Source: Chiloscyllium plagiosum (Eukaryota). Taken from it: 64,000 bases of DNA. Where the stretch lies: positions 55,212,196-55,276,195 of the forward strand of contig NC_057718.1 of the NCBI RefSeq assembly GCF_004010195.1, given 5' to 3'. A program made the position numbers and the translations under genes. Below, piece by piece: positions 1 through 13,055 of this stretch (position 1 is the stretch's first letter; each line of letters starts with the position of its first letter). The notes beneath the pieces were generated by a model. That model was not told the DNA's origin. It saw nothing but the letters and a program-made list of their open reading frames with translations, and made no database searches.

Positions 1-3000
1 AGCTCAGTTCTTTTATAGATGGATAAACTTGGGTAATCCATGGGAAGGTTTTGGAGGATTGTGGATTCCCATTCATTTCGGTTTTGGATTTTTGTGCAGA
101 ATATTCTACATTATAGAGTTCAAAAAACTTTAAATTCAAACGTTCACGTACTTCTAAGTGCTGTGATGTTGATTCTGTGCCCACATTCTGTTTCTAACAG
201 AGAGTACAGATGAGCAGTTTCTGAAAAAATACTTCATAGTGTGTGAATTTTGCAAAAGCAAGCTCTGAACTAATATTTTAGAAAAAGCTCTTTCTCTCAT
301 TTATGTAAAATCATCATGATATGGAATTTAAAATGGAGAATCAGCAGTAAAATAAAATAAGGGTAGGTTGCTCTGCCAGCACTGCCCTGAATCACTGTAC
401 ATGTCTTGAATATACCTAGAATTAGTGACTTTGAAATCAAGGCAGGGAAATTTCTGTGTACTTGCCAAAGAATAATAAAAGATTATTTATATTCTTGGTT
501 CCAAATTCTCACCTGGTCTCTGGAAAGCACATCGTATTCCATCTGGTGTTTACAGGGCCTCTACAGGCCCTTATCTCTCACAAACCTACCCACACCCCAT
601 GCCAGCCCATGACCCCTCAGACTGTTCATGCCATTTCTGTGTTGCCCACGCACATGCACATGTCTTCCCTCGAGTCACTCACCCTGTATGCATTGTGTGT
701 AGTCCTCCAAGCAATATCAATGGAAAATATTAGATTTTCCTTGGGGGAAGAAAATTAATGTATCATCTACTGAGCACTTGCATGCCTTTGAGACTAAAAG
801 AAATGCATGCTGCTATTTTTCTTTGGCAGGAGTAGTTGGGGGAAGGAATAAGACTTCTAATACGTATGATCCTGTTAGCTTCGTCGGCAAACCAGAAACT
901 ACATCAAAGCGGCAATCTGTTGTTATAATGTCTTGAAACTGCCATTCATTCTTTGAATGAGATACCTACTGTGCTGAAATTTATTAGTACATAAACCTCA
1001 GTCATTGTTTGGACAGATCTGGCTATTATCAATGCTAGATTGATAATCTAGGAAGTGAGAACAGGTGTGTTTTTTCCCCAACAATATTATGTCAAATCCA
1101 AAATGAAATTCCAGTTTTTCTGTCCAAGTTGAAAATATTTTTCTTCATCTTGTGTCAGTTATATAACGCCATTAAAATATGGGACATTTTGTAATATTTT
1201 TCACTACTTTATGGTGCTTTCTCTATTCTATTGGTTAATGTAGCATTTAACTTGTATTTACAATACAGTTGTCAATGATTGGTCTGCATTAAACTTACCC
1301 TATATCACATTAGAACACCATATAGTGACAGTTGAGTGTGTGCAAACACTTCACATTTACCTGTGAGTGCTCCAGACATGATCATGATTTTGATTTTCTT
1401 TATGAACCATCAAACCGTGTGTGTTTTTAATAGGCTTCCAAAATTCTGATTTTTGTCTCTCATTCCAAATGAGAAACCTGACCTCAGTGGGGGCAGGAAT
1501 ATATTTTGCACATGAGGTATTTCCAACATGCAAAAATGAAGGGGAATGTGGGGAAAAAAATTAAATTTTTTCCAGAGAAAGTTGAAGTATGGCAATTAGC
1601 GTCCAACCACACTCCTCTAAACAAAAGGCAAAAATTTAGACCCCAATTCGGGAAGATTCTGTGAACATCCATTAAGTTTATAAGTAAAGTATTCCAGAAA
1701 TGCTTGTTGTCTTAATACTTTACATTTTTGTGAAAGGCAAAAATCTCTTTGGTTGACATGTTTTAATGTAGATATCTTTGCTGAAGCTATTTGTTGTATG
1801 GTGAATTATATAATTCAAATTGCTTGCACTGCTGTTTGGTTACCACGTATCATTAATGTCACATACTTTGAAGGAAAAATTCAATAGATAATATTTTAAC
1901 TTTTAAAGTGTTTAAATCTGGAACTTGATTATGTCAATGTGAACTGCATTTGAAATAAATGGAAATGTAGAACTGCTATGAACTAGCTTTGCTAAGTTTG
2001 TCTTTGGAAAGATTTGACTTATGAACTTGAAAGTGGTCAATAGTAGAGTTTTCAATTTCAGGTACCTAATGTCAGGGCTCAACTCTTGGAAGTTAGATGA
2101 AAAGTGTTCTCATATGCTTTCATTGCAGTCCTCACTTCAGAAAAGCACCCTTTGTCACCAGTGTGATATTTTTACAGGTTGACACTTTCTGGTGCGAGTA
2201 GAATTGTCAATTTTGCATAAATCATTGCTAGTGTTGGGAAAAACTGAAATGAATTTGAAATCTTTACAGCAAGGATGAAAGCATCTAATCTAGTGCACCT
2301 CCAAATGCTTATTTTTTTTTAAAATCTAGTATAAATTAATACTTCACAGGACTTAAATCTATAAGTGGGAAGATTGAATGAAAAATGAGCATTCAATAGA
2401 ATTGAAGATTTTTTTGCAGCTCTTCGAATTGTTGAGATTATAAATTCATTCTTGGGTTGAACACACTGAACAGTTATATAAACATGAGATGACCCTAAAA
2501 GCGTTATCGATCTCACACTGCAGTAGAATGCAAGAATATCCATGTACTCATTCTGAAAATAAAGCAGCTGTTGTTAAGAGGAGTATTCATTGAAAAGCAG
2601 AATGTGAGGTTAGGCAAAGAGCCATTTTGATCTGTGAAATGCGGCAGTATTCAGTGGTAGTATGAAATGGGTTTCAGTTCCCAGGGAAGAATGCATTTGT
2701 ATTTCTATAAAGTGTTCTGCATTGCACTTTCATCAACTGGAAGTAACCCACTTGCTGTGTCAAAGACTAAATCGGTTAAATCTGCCCTTGGTTGAACAAA
2801 GGACAATGTAACGTGATAGGATTCTGATTGTGGAATACACTGCATTGATAGCATCCTCATTAATATTTTCATCTCTACAAATATAAGAAATAAAGAGATT
2901 GAATTTTTTTAAAACAAAGTGGTGAGTTTGGAGGATTTAATATAATTGATGGATGATCATATGCTTACTAAGGTTTGCTTGCTCCAACAACAGAATGCAA

Positions 3001-3124
3001 AAATACAATGCATGTGCGGGAGCAGGAAAACCCAGGCTGTGTACACACAAGATGGCTGATCAAGTTGCAAAGGCCTTTTTAAAAGAAGAAAAAGTACATG
3101 TGGGATCCTTGGCTTTTTTAGTAA

Positions 3125-3325
3125 ACATACAAAGCAGGAGTAGGACACTCAGTCCCTTGCACCTGCTTTGCTCAATAAATTGGCCTACCCCCCCGATAAC
3201 CCTTCAATTGTTTGCTTATCAAGTATCTACCTAATTCTCCTTAAAAATATTCAAGGATTCTTCTTCCACCATTTGTTAAGGGAGAGAAGACTGAACTCTC
3301 TGGGAGAGAAAAAAAATCACCTAAT
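3125..3325 (-). mobile_element. Decayed CR1 LINE 3' end
   Basis: acatacaaagcaggagtaggacactcagtccc resembles the CR1 tail also seen at 16711 and 18745. Confidence 0.55.
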
Positions 3326-3974
3326 CTTTGTTCAGTTGAGAAAGTAGCAGTTTTTCAGCAGAAGCAAAATATTTGTGCCTTTGTCATTTTTGAATGAATG
3401 CTCCTTCCTCAACTGAGATAACAAAGTTTTGATGATGTTTCCAAAACACTGCAGCAATTTGTGTGTTTTTCTTAATTGCCTCAAAAACGTTCCTTGGCTT
3501 TCTTTTGGGTTATTTTCATATGTGCAGGAACAAAAATTGGAATTATATGTTTGAGCTGTTGAAGTTTACTCTGAAGCACAGTGTTGAAAAGGATTTGACT
3601 TTTGCCATCTCAGACAGTGTACTAAACTACGCGTTCAATATTGGAAAGCTTCTTACTATTTCTCGTGTAGAAAATTGTGCGTAATCGCATTTTGTGATAC
3701 TTGGCATTCCAAATATGCATTAGATCATGGGTGTATATGTTGGCTAGATTAGAACTAGTGATCGGAATGTGTCCAAGGAGTGATGATGGATGACAATTTC
3801 ATATTTTTTTTGGCATTATAGTGACAGAATACAACTGCCAAATCTGTACCATAAACTGAATGCCTTGAATTCTTTGTATACTTGATTGTTTTTACACAGG
3901 GATGAAGTAATTTACAGCTGTTAGTTTCACCTCACTGTGACCTACAAAAAATAGTGCATCTTCAAAATCTTTCT

Positions 3975-4790
3975 CACATAAGAAAATGTGAATTATGAGC
4001 AAGAGTAATCCACTTGACCCTTCATGCCCGTCTGCCATTTATTAAGGTCATGGATTTTCTGATTGGTCCACTTACCCTCCTATTCTCCAGTAGCCCTCTG
4101 CTGCCTTGCTTATCTCCTTTTTCCTTAAAAATGTTCGAAGAATCTGCTTTCACTGTCTTTTGAGGAAAAGGGTCCAAAGATTCATAACATTCTGAGAAAA
4201 AAATTCTCTTCATCTCTGTCTTAAATGGGGCGATCCCTTACTTTTAAACTGTTCTCCCATAAGAGGAAACCGCCTTTCCACACCTACTCTGTCAAGGCTA
4301 TCACAGAGTCTTGTGTTTAAATCAAGTCACTTCTTACTTTCCTAAACTGCATCGCATACAAACCTAGCCTGCCTGACTATTCCTCATAAGAAAACACATC
4401 TGTTTCCAGGAATTAGTCTCGTAAACCTTCGCTGATCTGCTTCCAATGCATTTACATCCATCGTCAAATAAGTCGATCATTACTGTATCCATTATCTCAG
4501 ATAAGGTCTCACCAATGCCCTGTATAAATGAAACATAACCTCCATACTTTTGTATTCACTACCCTTCACAATAAATAATAAGATTCTTATTCTAATTATT
4601 TGTTGTATTGGCAAACTAGACTTTGTGAGTCATGAGCTAGGACATTTAGATCCCTCTGTATCTGAGTTCTGCAGTCTCGTCTTTTAAATGATATGCCTTC
4701 TTTTATTATTTCTGCATTTTGATCTCACTTTTTCCCACATTACTGCATTTGCCAGGCTTTCCCAATTCACTTGATCTATATTCTTCTTCA
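3975..4790 (-). mobile_element. CR1 LINE 3' fragment (ORF2 C-terminus and tail)
   Basis: ORF 4022..4213 (RIFFSECYESLDPFPQKTVKADSSNIFK) resembles the CR1 ORF2 C-terminal FFSQRVVNLWNSLP..VEA....FK motif; same tail as other copies. Confidence 0.75.
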
Positions 4791-4847
4791 ATTTGTTGTG
4801 AGGATTTTTTTGAAAAGTAATAAATGAACGTTCTTGCCCAGTACTTT

Positions 4848-5163
4848 GGGCGGCACGGTGGCTCAGTAGTTAGCACTGCTGCCTCACAGCGCTGGGGACC
4901 CGGGTTCAATTCCTGCCTCCGGCAACTGTCTGTGTAGAGTTTGCACATTCTCCCCGTGTCTGCGTGGGTTTCCTCCAGGTGCTCCGGTTTCCTCCCACAG
5001 TTCAAAGATGCTCAGGTTAGGTGAATTGGCCATGCTACATTACCCATAGTGTTAGGTGCAGGGGTAAATGTAGGGAATGGGTCTGGGTGGGTTGCTATTC
5101 GGAGTGTCAGTGTGGACTTGTTGGGCCTTAGGGCCTGTTTCCACACTGTAGGGAATCTAATAG
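4848..5163 (+). mobile_element. HE1-type V-SINE
   Basis: tRNA-like head (box A tggctcagtagtt, box B gggttcaattcc), V-domain gagtttgcacattctccccgtgtctgcgtgggtttcc, CR1-like tail gggcctgtttccacactgta. Confidence 0.93.
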
Positions 5164-5165
5164 AA

Positions 5166-5450
5166 TGAGCAAATCTCCCTGCTAAGATATTGGTCCCTTT
5201 CTAGTTTACGTTAGACCCGTCCCTTTTGAACAGATCTGTTCTATCCCAAAAGACATTCCGATTGTCCAAAAACTTGAATCCCTGAACAATACATCAGCTC
5301 TTCAGCCATTTATTTTTCTCCTTTAGCTTTTGTTCCTTCCTTCATTTGATTTTGGCATTGGGAATAAACCAAAAATTACTACTTTTAACGTTCTACTTTT
5401 TTAATCTTCTACCTAACCTCTTAAATTTCCCTAAGAATGTCATTCCTACC
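5166..5450 (-). mobile_element. Decayed CR1 ORF1 (SGNH-esterase-like) fragment
   Basis: Reverse complement aligns with the CR1 ORF1 region at 41760-41900 (tggctga.gagct...gcagggagatttgct). Confidence 0.65.
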
Positions 5451-5460
5451 AATGTTTCTT

Positions 5461-5753
5461 TAGATTAGATTACTTAGTGTGGAAACAGGCCCTTCGGCCC
5501 AACAAGTCTACACCGACCCACAACCCACCCAGATCCATTCCCCTATATTTATCCCTTCACCTAACACTATGGGCAATTTAGCGTGGCCAATTTACCTAAC
5601 CTGCACATTTTTGGACTTTGGGAAGAAACTGGAGCACCCGAAGGAAACCCACGCAGACACTGGGAGAATGTGCAAACTCTTGGGGCGGGAATTGAACCCG
5701 GGTCTCTGGCGTTGTGAGGCAGCAGTGCTAACCACTGTGCCACCGTGCCGCCC
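5461..5753 (-). mobile_element. HE1-type V-SINE with short internal deletion
   Basis: Reverse complement of the HE1 pattern, (tagat)n tail; lacks the cacagacagtcgcc segment. Confidence 0.92.
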
Positions 5754-6774
5754 ACACTGTACAATAATTTCTCGCTTCTCAATCTTGCCTTTGACAATAT
5801 GCTTGAAACGTTTAGCAACATCCTTAATTCTTGCATCAAGAAAGGTACAAACCATCCTAAATTTACGCTCATTACCCCGACAGGAGAGTCCTCTATAACA
5901 ATAATTCTATTAAATCTTGTCAAACTCTGCCTAACATAAGAGTCATTCCAAGTGTCCGATAACTAACCGGCCCTTCCATTTTCCTCGGGGAGACTATTTC
6001 CTTCAACAGTTCCAAAAACTGAAAGTCATCTCAGCTATTTGCTGTAGACCCTTAAAAGCTCATTTTTAAAAAAAAAAAATCAGTTTTAAAAAAAAGTTTT
6101 TTTTTAATGTTGATGAAACAGAATGGAAACAAATCCTATTTGTAAAATATAATGACTGCAATAACTGTTTTAAAAAAAAGTAATAAATCTTTAACTAAGT
6201 CTGCAATCTCAGGAGCAGCTGCAAGATCCATGAGAGACAGGAGAAATGAAAATGACTACTGAACTAAACGTTGTCATTTCATCTTTCATGCATTAGCAAG
6301 AAATATTACTAGGATCAGCCAGTGTGTACTTTTACTCCTAAATCCCACAAATCCTAAACATGACAGGTGCACTTTGTTGCCACGTATCTGTGTGCTAAGT
6401 TCAAAATCGATGCATTATACTGTACTAAAAGATAGAATCCAAAATTGGATCTTTGTTCAGTCTCTGAATGCAAGATACATTTTACTGGAATTTTAAAATG
6501 CACATAGGTGGTGACAATCCTAATTGATTTTTTCCTAAAATTAATTTGTTTGATGTGAAATGACTGTAGTATCTTAAACAATTGAAAAGGATAACCTATG
6601 GATGTCCATGTTTGACGATTTGGAATGTATTGTGGTAGTGACATATGACTGTCACAAAAAATGAACATTCCAGCCTTCTCATAACTGGGTATCTAGCTTT
6701 TCATTTGAAGTAACCTGAAATGAATTGTTGCAATATTTGGTCTGGAAAATTTGCGTATGTGGTCTGAACTTGCC

Positions 6775-7045
6775 CTTTGTGTAATGCCATGCACTCTTGA
6801 ACTGTGGAAGATGAGGAGGCCCAAACTAATGTTCTGACAACATGAATTCAAATTCTACCAGGGCAGCTGATGGAACTTCTGATCCAGATTTGTTTTCATT
6901 TAAAACTATTCTTAGTAATGGCGACTGTGAAACAGTTTTTTGATTGTTGTAAAAGTCCATCTAGTACATAATGTCCTTCAGAAGAGGAAATCTACCATTC
7001 TTACCTGGTCTGGTCTACATGAGACTACATACTGACAGCAATGCC
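6775..7045 (+). mobile_element. tRNA-headed SINE, here called family B (decayed)
   Basis: Shares ggaaatct.cc.ttcttacctggtctggtctacatg.gact with copies at 27410, 12690, 39225 and 52880. Confidence 0.65.
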
Positions 7046-8284
7046 CAAACCCAAGAAGGAATTTTAAAAAGTAGTGATAACTCCTCTTCGGGGTAAGTTT
7101 CGGAAGTATTGTTCAGGATTTATCATTGTGCATTACTGGCATCTGTGTAATAACAATTGGCTAAAATGCATTTTGCATTCATTGCTTTTTAGAAATCATC
7201 GTATTGGCAATAAGTCTCAGCTCCTGCTTGAACATAAAAACAGCAATACTTGCTTTACTTGTTACCAGTGGTAAGTGAAAATATCAAATTTGAAATGAAG
7301 TTTTAATTCAATTAATCGTTTAATCCAAAGAAGCCTTTTTCAGTTTTTCATGTACTTTATAACATATACTCACAAGTGCAATGCACACTGTTAATGATCA
7401 TGCCATATTTGGATCCAGGGCAAGGTGATGGAAACGTTTTTCACCAAATGGGTCTTGGTGTTAAAATTTTGCAAGGCAATTGTATCTTACTAGGAATAAC
7501 CTAACTGTCATGAGAAGGAAGAACAAAGGCATGTAATTTTTTAAAATTAAAAGACGTTTTTTCTTCTCTCCCCATATTTTCATATTGTGTCTTTATCTAA
7601 CGTCTGCATTTAAAGTGAGCCATTCAACATGATTGCTGTTGAAGTCCTAACTATTTGGCATTCATGCATTAGGCATGTGGAGATTACATTCTTGGTGTGT
7701 CATATATCCATTCAATAAATGTGTAATCATAATCTATATCTGTCACTCAATACAAAATAGCTGCATAGCACTTCAGGCAGGATTTGAAAATTTATTTGCC
7801 AGTCTTCCTGTTGTACATTCCCATATATTCTAATTACAGGGTTAATACTTTTATTCTCATAATTTTATATATAATGACTGATCCTTGTCAAACTGGATAA
7901 CTAAGACTAAGAATGAATGTAATTCATTAGGTTTCAGGAATTGCTTGTCTATAATTTATCAAATCCATTTCCATTCCATAAATTACTCAAAGTGCTTTTG
8001 TTAAACGTCAGCAACTTTATAGCAATGGTAAAATGTTTGAAATTCATTACTCTGATCCTGGGATTACTTTCTCTAGTTTATTTCATACTAGAAACTAACT
8101 GTATTTAATGAACCTCTGGACTTTTGCTGGCCTGAATACTGGCTAATATGAAGTTACTTTTAAAGTTTGAGTGCTAAGGTCAGTCTGATCTATTTCACAA
8201 TTGGACATTTTCTCTTGCCAGACAAAGGGTATCAGTTATAAATGAAATAGCTGCCTATCTCTCCATACTCTGTCCATACTTCGG

Positions 8285-9040
8285 AAAATCAGATTACAGT
8301 TCTATGATTCTCCTCACAGTAGAAGCTGAAATGGAAGGATCCTCCTCAGAAAGCAGTACCATGCTGATCTGAGGCAGCAAAAGAGCTTCACTGGGACTGC
8401 TTGGAATCACTGGACTGGGCCATATTCAAGAACTCAACAGACAACCTATATGACAACCTTGTACGCCACCATTGTCACAGACTTCATTAGCAAGTGTGTG
8501 GGGGACTGCATGCCAAAGAAGTCAAGTTATGTGTTCCTCAACCAGAAACCTTGGATGAACTGGGAAATCCACTGGCTACTGAAGACCAGGCTTGCACCAT
8601 TCAAGTTAGATGACCCGGACCTATTTAGAAAAGCCAAGTTATCAGAGATGTCCAGAGGCAGTACTGGACCAAGTTAGAGACCCAAACCAATCGTACAGAC
8701 TCCCGCTGCCTTTGGCAAGGCCTGTACAACATAACGGGATACAGAACGAAGCAGAGCAAGGTTGTAGACAAAAACCCAACCCTCCCTGATGCGCTCAATG
8801 TTTCTATACTCAGGTTGAGCAGAATGCCAGTGGTGCGACATCACCTGCTCTGACAGTCGCGGATGCACATGTTCTGTCTGTCTGCGGATGACAGATCAAT
8901 CTTCTGAGAGTCAACCCAAGGAAAGCAGTAGAGTCCCCCGGCCATGCACTTATATCTGGTGTGGACCAGCTAGCAAAGGTATTCATGATATTTTCAATTT
9001 CTCCCTGCTCCAAGCAAAAATCCCCACCTGCTTCAAGAAG
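8285..9040 (+). mobile_element. Rex1/Babar-like LINE, 5' part
   Basis: ORF 8450..8677 has YATIVTDFISKCVGDCMPKK..VFLNQKPWMN, typical of Rex1/Babar ORF2; frameshifted. Confidence 0.8.
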
Positions 9041-9171
9041 ATACAAAGCTAGGCTATAAAAGGTGCTGTTGTGATAAAGTGGTAGAACCCCTTCCATTTG
9101 GGCCAGAAAGCCTGGGTTGAAGTCTCATCTACTTTAGATGTGTGTCATAACATATCATAACACACATCATG

Positions 9172-10255
9172 TTGAGGTTTTACAGTATGTTGGTGAGGCC
9201 TGTTCTGGAATACAGTGTGCAATTCTGGTTGCCCTTTTATAAGAAGAATACTATTAAATCAGAGAGGATTTAGAAAGGATTTACCAGGATATTTCTGGGA
9301 ATGGAATGGTTTGAGATGTTTGAGATATAAAAATAGATTAAATTGACAATTTGCTTAATCTATTAAGCAAATTGACAATTCTGCTTAAAACTGCATAAAA
9401 CGCTTTTAACCTTGCTAAAGCTGCATAATTGACTTTTCCACAGTCTGTTTCAACAAAGATTAGCAGATAATGCTTCCTTTACAGCACAGAAATAACTAGA
9501 ATAGGTAAGACACTATTGGCCATCCTAACTGACCTTCAAGTGCCGGTGCAAAAACTTGGTTCGTGAGATAAGAATGGCTTAAGTTTTGGAAAACAAAGTT
9601 GGTTCCCAGGAAATATCATGGGACTGAGTTGCTGTCAATAAAACCATTCCGTTAATTAATTGGTACAATTTTGGCCTGTACCTCTCTTTAAGAAAAGTAT
9701 CAAAATGTCTTTATTTTAAGCCATGTGCCTCTGAGGAACACGCAAGTGTTTAACCTCTGTGTTTCTGGATGATGTGTGCCTGGCCGTGTAAGAAATAAAG
9801 TGTAAAGTCTTAAAGAACCAGACGGATTGCGAGTGTTTATTGACCGATCTCGGAACAGAGAGAGACCCCCGGGGTCCAGATCTTCAGAGCGTTGGAGGTT
9901 GACTGGGTGACCTTGTTGAGTTTTATCAAATCATTAGTAACATAGATAAGGTGAATGACAAAGGTATTTTCCCTAAGGTGTGGTAATTCAAAACGAAGGG
10001 ACATATTTTTAAGGTGAGAGGAAAAAGATCAAAAAAAGGACATGATGCAACTTTTATACACCAAGAGGGTTAGTGTATGGAATAAACTGCCAGAGGAAGT
10101 GGTGGATGTAGGTACAGTTACAATGTTTAAAAGGCATCTGGATAAGTATGTGAACAGGAAAGTTTTGGAGGGATATGGGCCAAACGCAGGGACTAGTTTA
10201 GCTTGGAAACATGGTTGACATGGACTAGTTAGACTGAAGGGTCTGTTTCCATGCT
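9172..10255 (+). mobile_element. CR1/HER1 3' fragment nested in Rex1, itself interrupted at ~9340-9886
   Basis: ttggtgaggcc...ctggaatacagtgtgcaattctgg (LVRP.LEY.VQFW) and HER1 tail actgaagggtctgtttccatgct. Confidence 0.8.
9340..9886 (+). mobile_element. Unclassified insertion, candidate solo LTR
   Basis: Interrupts CR1, which resumes at gagcgttggagg (9887). Has an AT-rich TATA-like stretch near 9690, AATAAA near 9794, and ends in ttca. Confidence 0.4.
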
Positions 10256-11355
10256 TCGATCTCCTGCAATTTGCCTAATGGTGAAACAGGTCCACAGTGG
10301 ATGCCATTTCCCTCTCCCTGCATTTATCCCTGGAACATCTGGATAATAGGTACACCTGTCAGGCTCTTACTCACTGACTACAGCTCTTCCTTCAACACCA
10401 TAATCCTTTCCAGACTAATCTCAAAATTCCGAGATCTAGGTCAGCTCCGCCCTCTACAACTGGACTCACTGATTCCTGACCCACAGACTGCAATCAGTGG
10501 AGCTAAACAACAGCACCTCTTCCACAATAATCCTCAACATTGGTACCCTGCAAGGATGTGTTCCCAGTTCCCTACTGTACGCCCTATACTTCAATGACTT
10601 GTAGCCAAGTTTCAAATGAATGCCATCTACAAGTTTGTTACCACCATGGTAGGATAGAGATCAACAACGATGAGTCAGAATACAGGAAGGAGATAGAGGG
10701 CTTGGTGTCATAGTGCAATGATAACAACTCTCAAAGTCAGCAAAACAAAAGAACTGGTCATTGACTTCTGGAAGAAAGAAGGAGGACATGCCCCTTTCTA
10801 CATTTGTGGAGCTGGGATGGGGAAGGTCCTCGAAGTGATGATAACCGACCATCTGTCCTGCCTCCCACATCAATACGACAGTCAAGACAGCATAATAACG
10901 CCTCTTCTTCCTCAGGTGGCTTAGGAAATTCAGCATGTCCATAAGGACCCTTACCAACATTTACAGCTGCACCATACAAAGTATTCTATCCAGGTGCATA
11001 ACAGCCTGATACGGCAACTGCTCTGCCCAGGACTGTAAGAAACTAAAGAAAGTTGTAAGCTCAGCCCAGGTGAGCTAACTGAAGCTAACCTCCCATCCAT
11101 GGACTCCATTTACACTTCTTGTTGCTTTGGAAAGGCTGCCAAGATCGTCAAAGACCCATCCCACCCCAGCAATGCTCTCTTCCAACCTCTTCCATCAGGC
11201 AGAAGATACAGAAGCTTGAACATACACACCAACAGGTTCAAGAACAGCCTCTTCCCTGGCATTATTAAACTGCTGAATGGGCCTCTCTAACTTCAAATAA
11301 TATTGATCTTGCTTTGTGCCTTGTATGACTTGTTCTGCTCTAAGTACCCTATGAT
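10256..11355 (+). mobile_element. Rex1/Babar-like LINE, RT and C-terminus
   Basis: Translations VRLLLTDYSSSFNTII, KTKELVIDF, and LFQPLPSGRRYRSLNIHTNRFKNSLFP are characteristic Rex1/Babar motifs. Confidence 0.87.
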
Positions 11356-11356
11356 C

Positions 11357-12345
11357 CTAGTGGTGTGCCACAAGGATCTGTTTTGGGATCACTGCTGTTT
11401 GTCATTTTTATAAATAACTTAGGACGCAGGCATAGGTGGATGGATTAGTAAAGTTGCAGATGACAAAGTCAGTGGAGTAGTGGACAGTTTGGAAGAATGT
11501 TACAGGTTGCAGGGGGACTTGGATAAACTGCAAAATTGGGCTGAGAGGTGGCAAATGGAGTTCAATGCAGCTAAATGTGAGGTGATGCACTTTGGGAAGA
11601 ATAACAGGAAGGCAGAGTACTGGGTCAATGGAAAGATTCTTGGTAGTGTGGATATGCAGAGGGATCTTGGAATCCATGTACATAGATTCCTGAAAGTTGC
11701 CACCTACGTTGATAGTGCTGTTAAGAAGGCATATGGTGTGTTAGATTTCATTTGTAAAGGGATTGAGTTCCGGGGCCACAATTTCATCCTGCAACTATAC
11801 AAAACGCTGGTGCGACCACACTTGGAATATTGTGTACAGTTTTGGTTGCCATATTTCAGGAAGGATGTGGAAGCATTGCAAAAGATGCAGAAGAGATTTA
11901 CCAGGATGTTGCCTGGTCTGGAGGGAAGGTCTTATGAGGAAAGACTGAGAGACTTGGGTTTATTCTCATTGGAAAGAAGAAGGATAAGAGGGGATTTAAT
12001 TGAGACATACAAGATAATAGAGGATTAGATAGGGTCGACCGTGAAAGTCTTTTTTTCCTAGGATGATGACATCAGCTTGTATGAGGGGGCATAACTACAA
12101 ATTGAGGGGTGATAGATTTAAGACAGATGTCAGAGGCAAGTTCTTTACTCAGAGTGGTAAGGGCATGGAATGCCCTACCTGTCAATGTAGTCAACTCAGC
12201 CACATTAGGGAGATTTAAACAATCCTTAGATAAGCACATGGATGATGATGAGTTAGTGTGGGGGGGAGCTGAGAATAGCTCACAGGTTGGCGCAACATCG
12301 AGGGCCGAAGGGCCTGTTCTGCGCTGTATTGTTCTATATTCTATG
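11357..12345 (+). mobile_element. 5'-truncated CR1 LINE inserted in the Rex1 3'UTR
   Basis: GVPQGSVLG and ADD motifs; ORF 11480..12028 (LQGDLDKLQNWAERWQMEFNAAKC...LVRPHLEYCVQFW); ctatgatc on both sides. Confidence 0.92.
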
Positions 12346-12446
12346 ATCAGTATATCCTTGTGTGCTATGATCTGCCTGTACTGCTCATAAAACAAAGCTT
12401 TTCACTGTACTTAGATATTTGTGATTACAAAACATCAAATCAAATC
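12346..12446 (+). mobile_element. Remainder of Rex1/Babar 3'UTR
   Basis: aacaaagcttttcactgtact...catcaaatcaaatc tail; similar to 57700-57795. Confidence 0.6.
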
Positions 12447-12689
12447 TAGAAAGCAATGATTCCCTTTTCTCAACCTCAAGACTTTTATACCTATCTGGGT
12501 AGGAAATTATTGAAGTATAGAAGGTCATAACTTGGCCTGACTCTTCAAACCGAAAATAGTAACCAGAAATCAACCTGGCTGAAATAACAAGATTATCCTT
12601 TGATCAGTGTTTAAATTTGTTTCCTTAATGTAAAATAAGCTATTCAGTGAATTGTTCAATTTTGATACATGTATTAATTTTCAATTCAA

Positions 12690-13055
12690 CGTCAATGTTG
12701 TGGGCATCTTTGAGGCTGATGTGCATTATCGATTGCTAGTTACTTACTTGAGTGAGTAGTGATAGGAGGCTTGCTTGGTCGTTTTGGAGAAATGTTAAGC
12801 TTTGACTGTGTTGGTGTGGGATGAGGGTCCTGTTTAGGATAGACTGGGTAAGAATAATTGATTTCTTTCTCTAAAGGCAGTTGGTTATGATCATTATAAC
12901 ATTTTGATCACTTCATTGTCACTTTTACTGACACCATCTTTGATTTCTAGATTTTTAACATGAATTAAAATTCTTAACCTCTGTTTTTATCTCAAAATCA
13001 CTGGATTGTCAGTTGAAGCCTCTAGGTTCCACATCTCATAACATTCCCTTGTACC
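12690..13055 (-). mobile_element. SINE family B (decayed)
   Basis: Reverse-complement similarity to 27410-27745. Confidence 0.6.

Noticed and set aside
4848..4920. tRNA genes at HE1 heads
   Set aside because: tRNA-derived SINE heads followed by V-domain and LINE tail; not tRNA genes.
11480..12028. 182-aa RT-like ORF as a functional or domesticated gene
   Set aside because: Part of a 5'-truncated CR1 copy, with frameshifts on either side.
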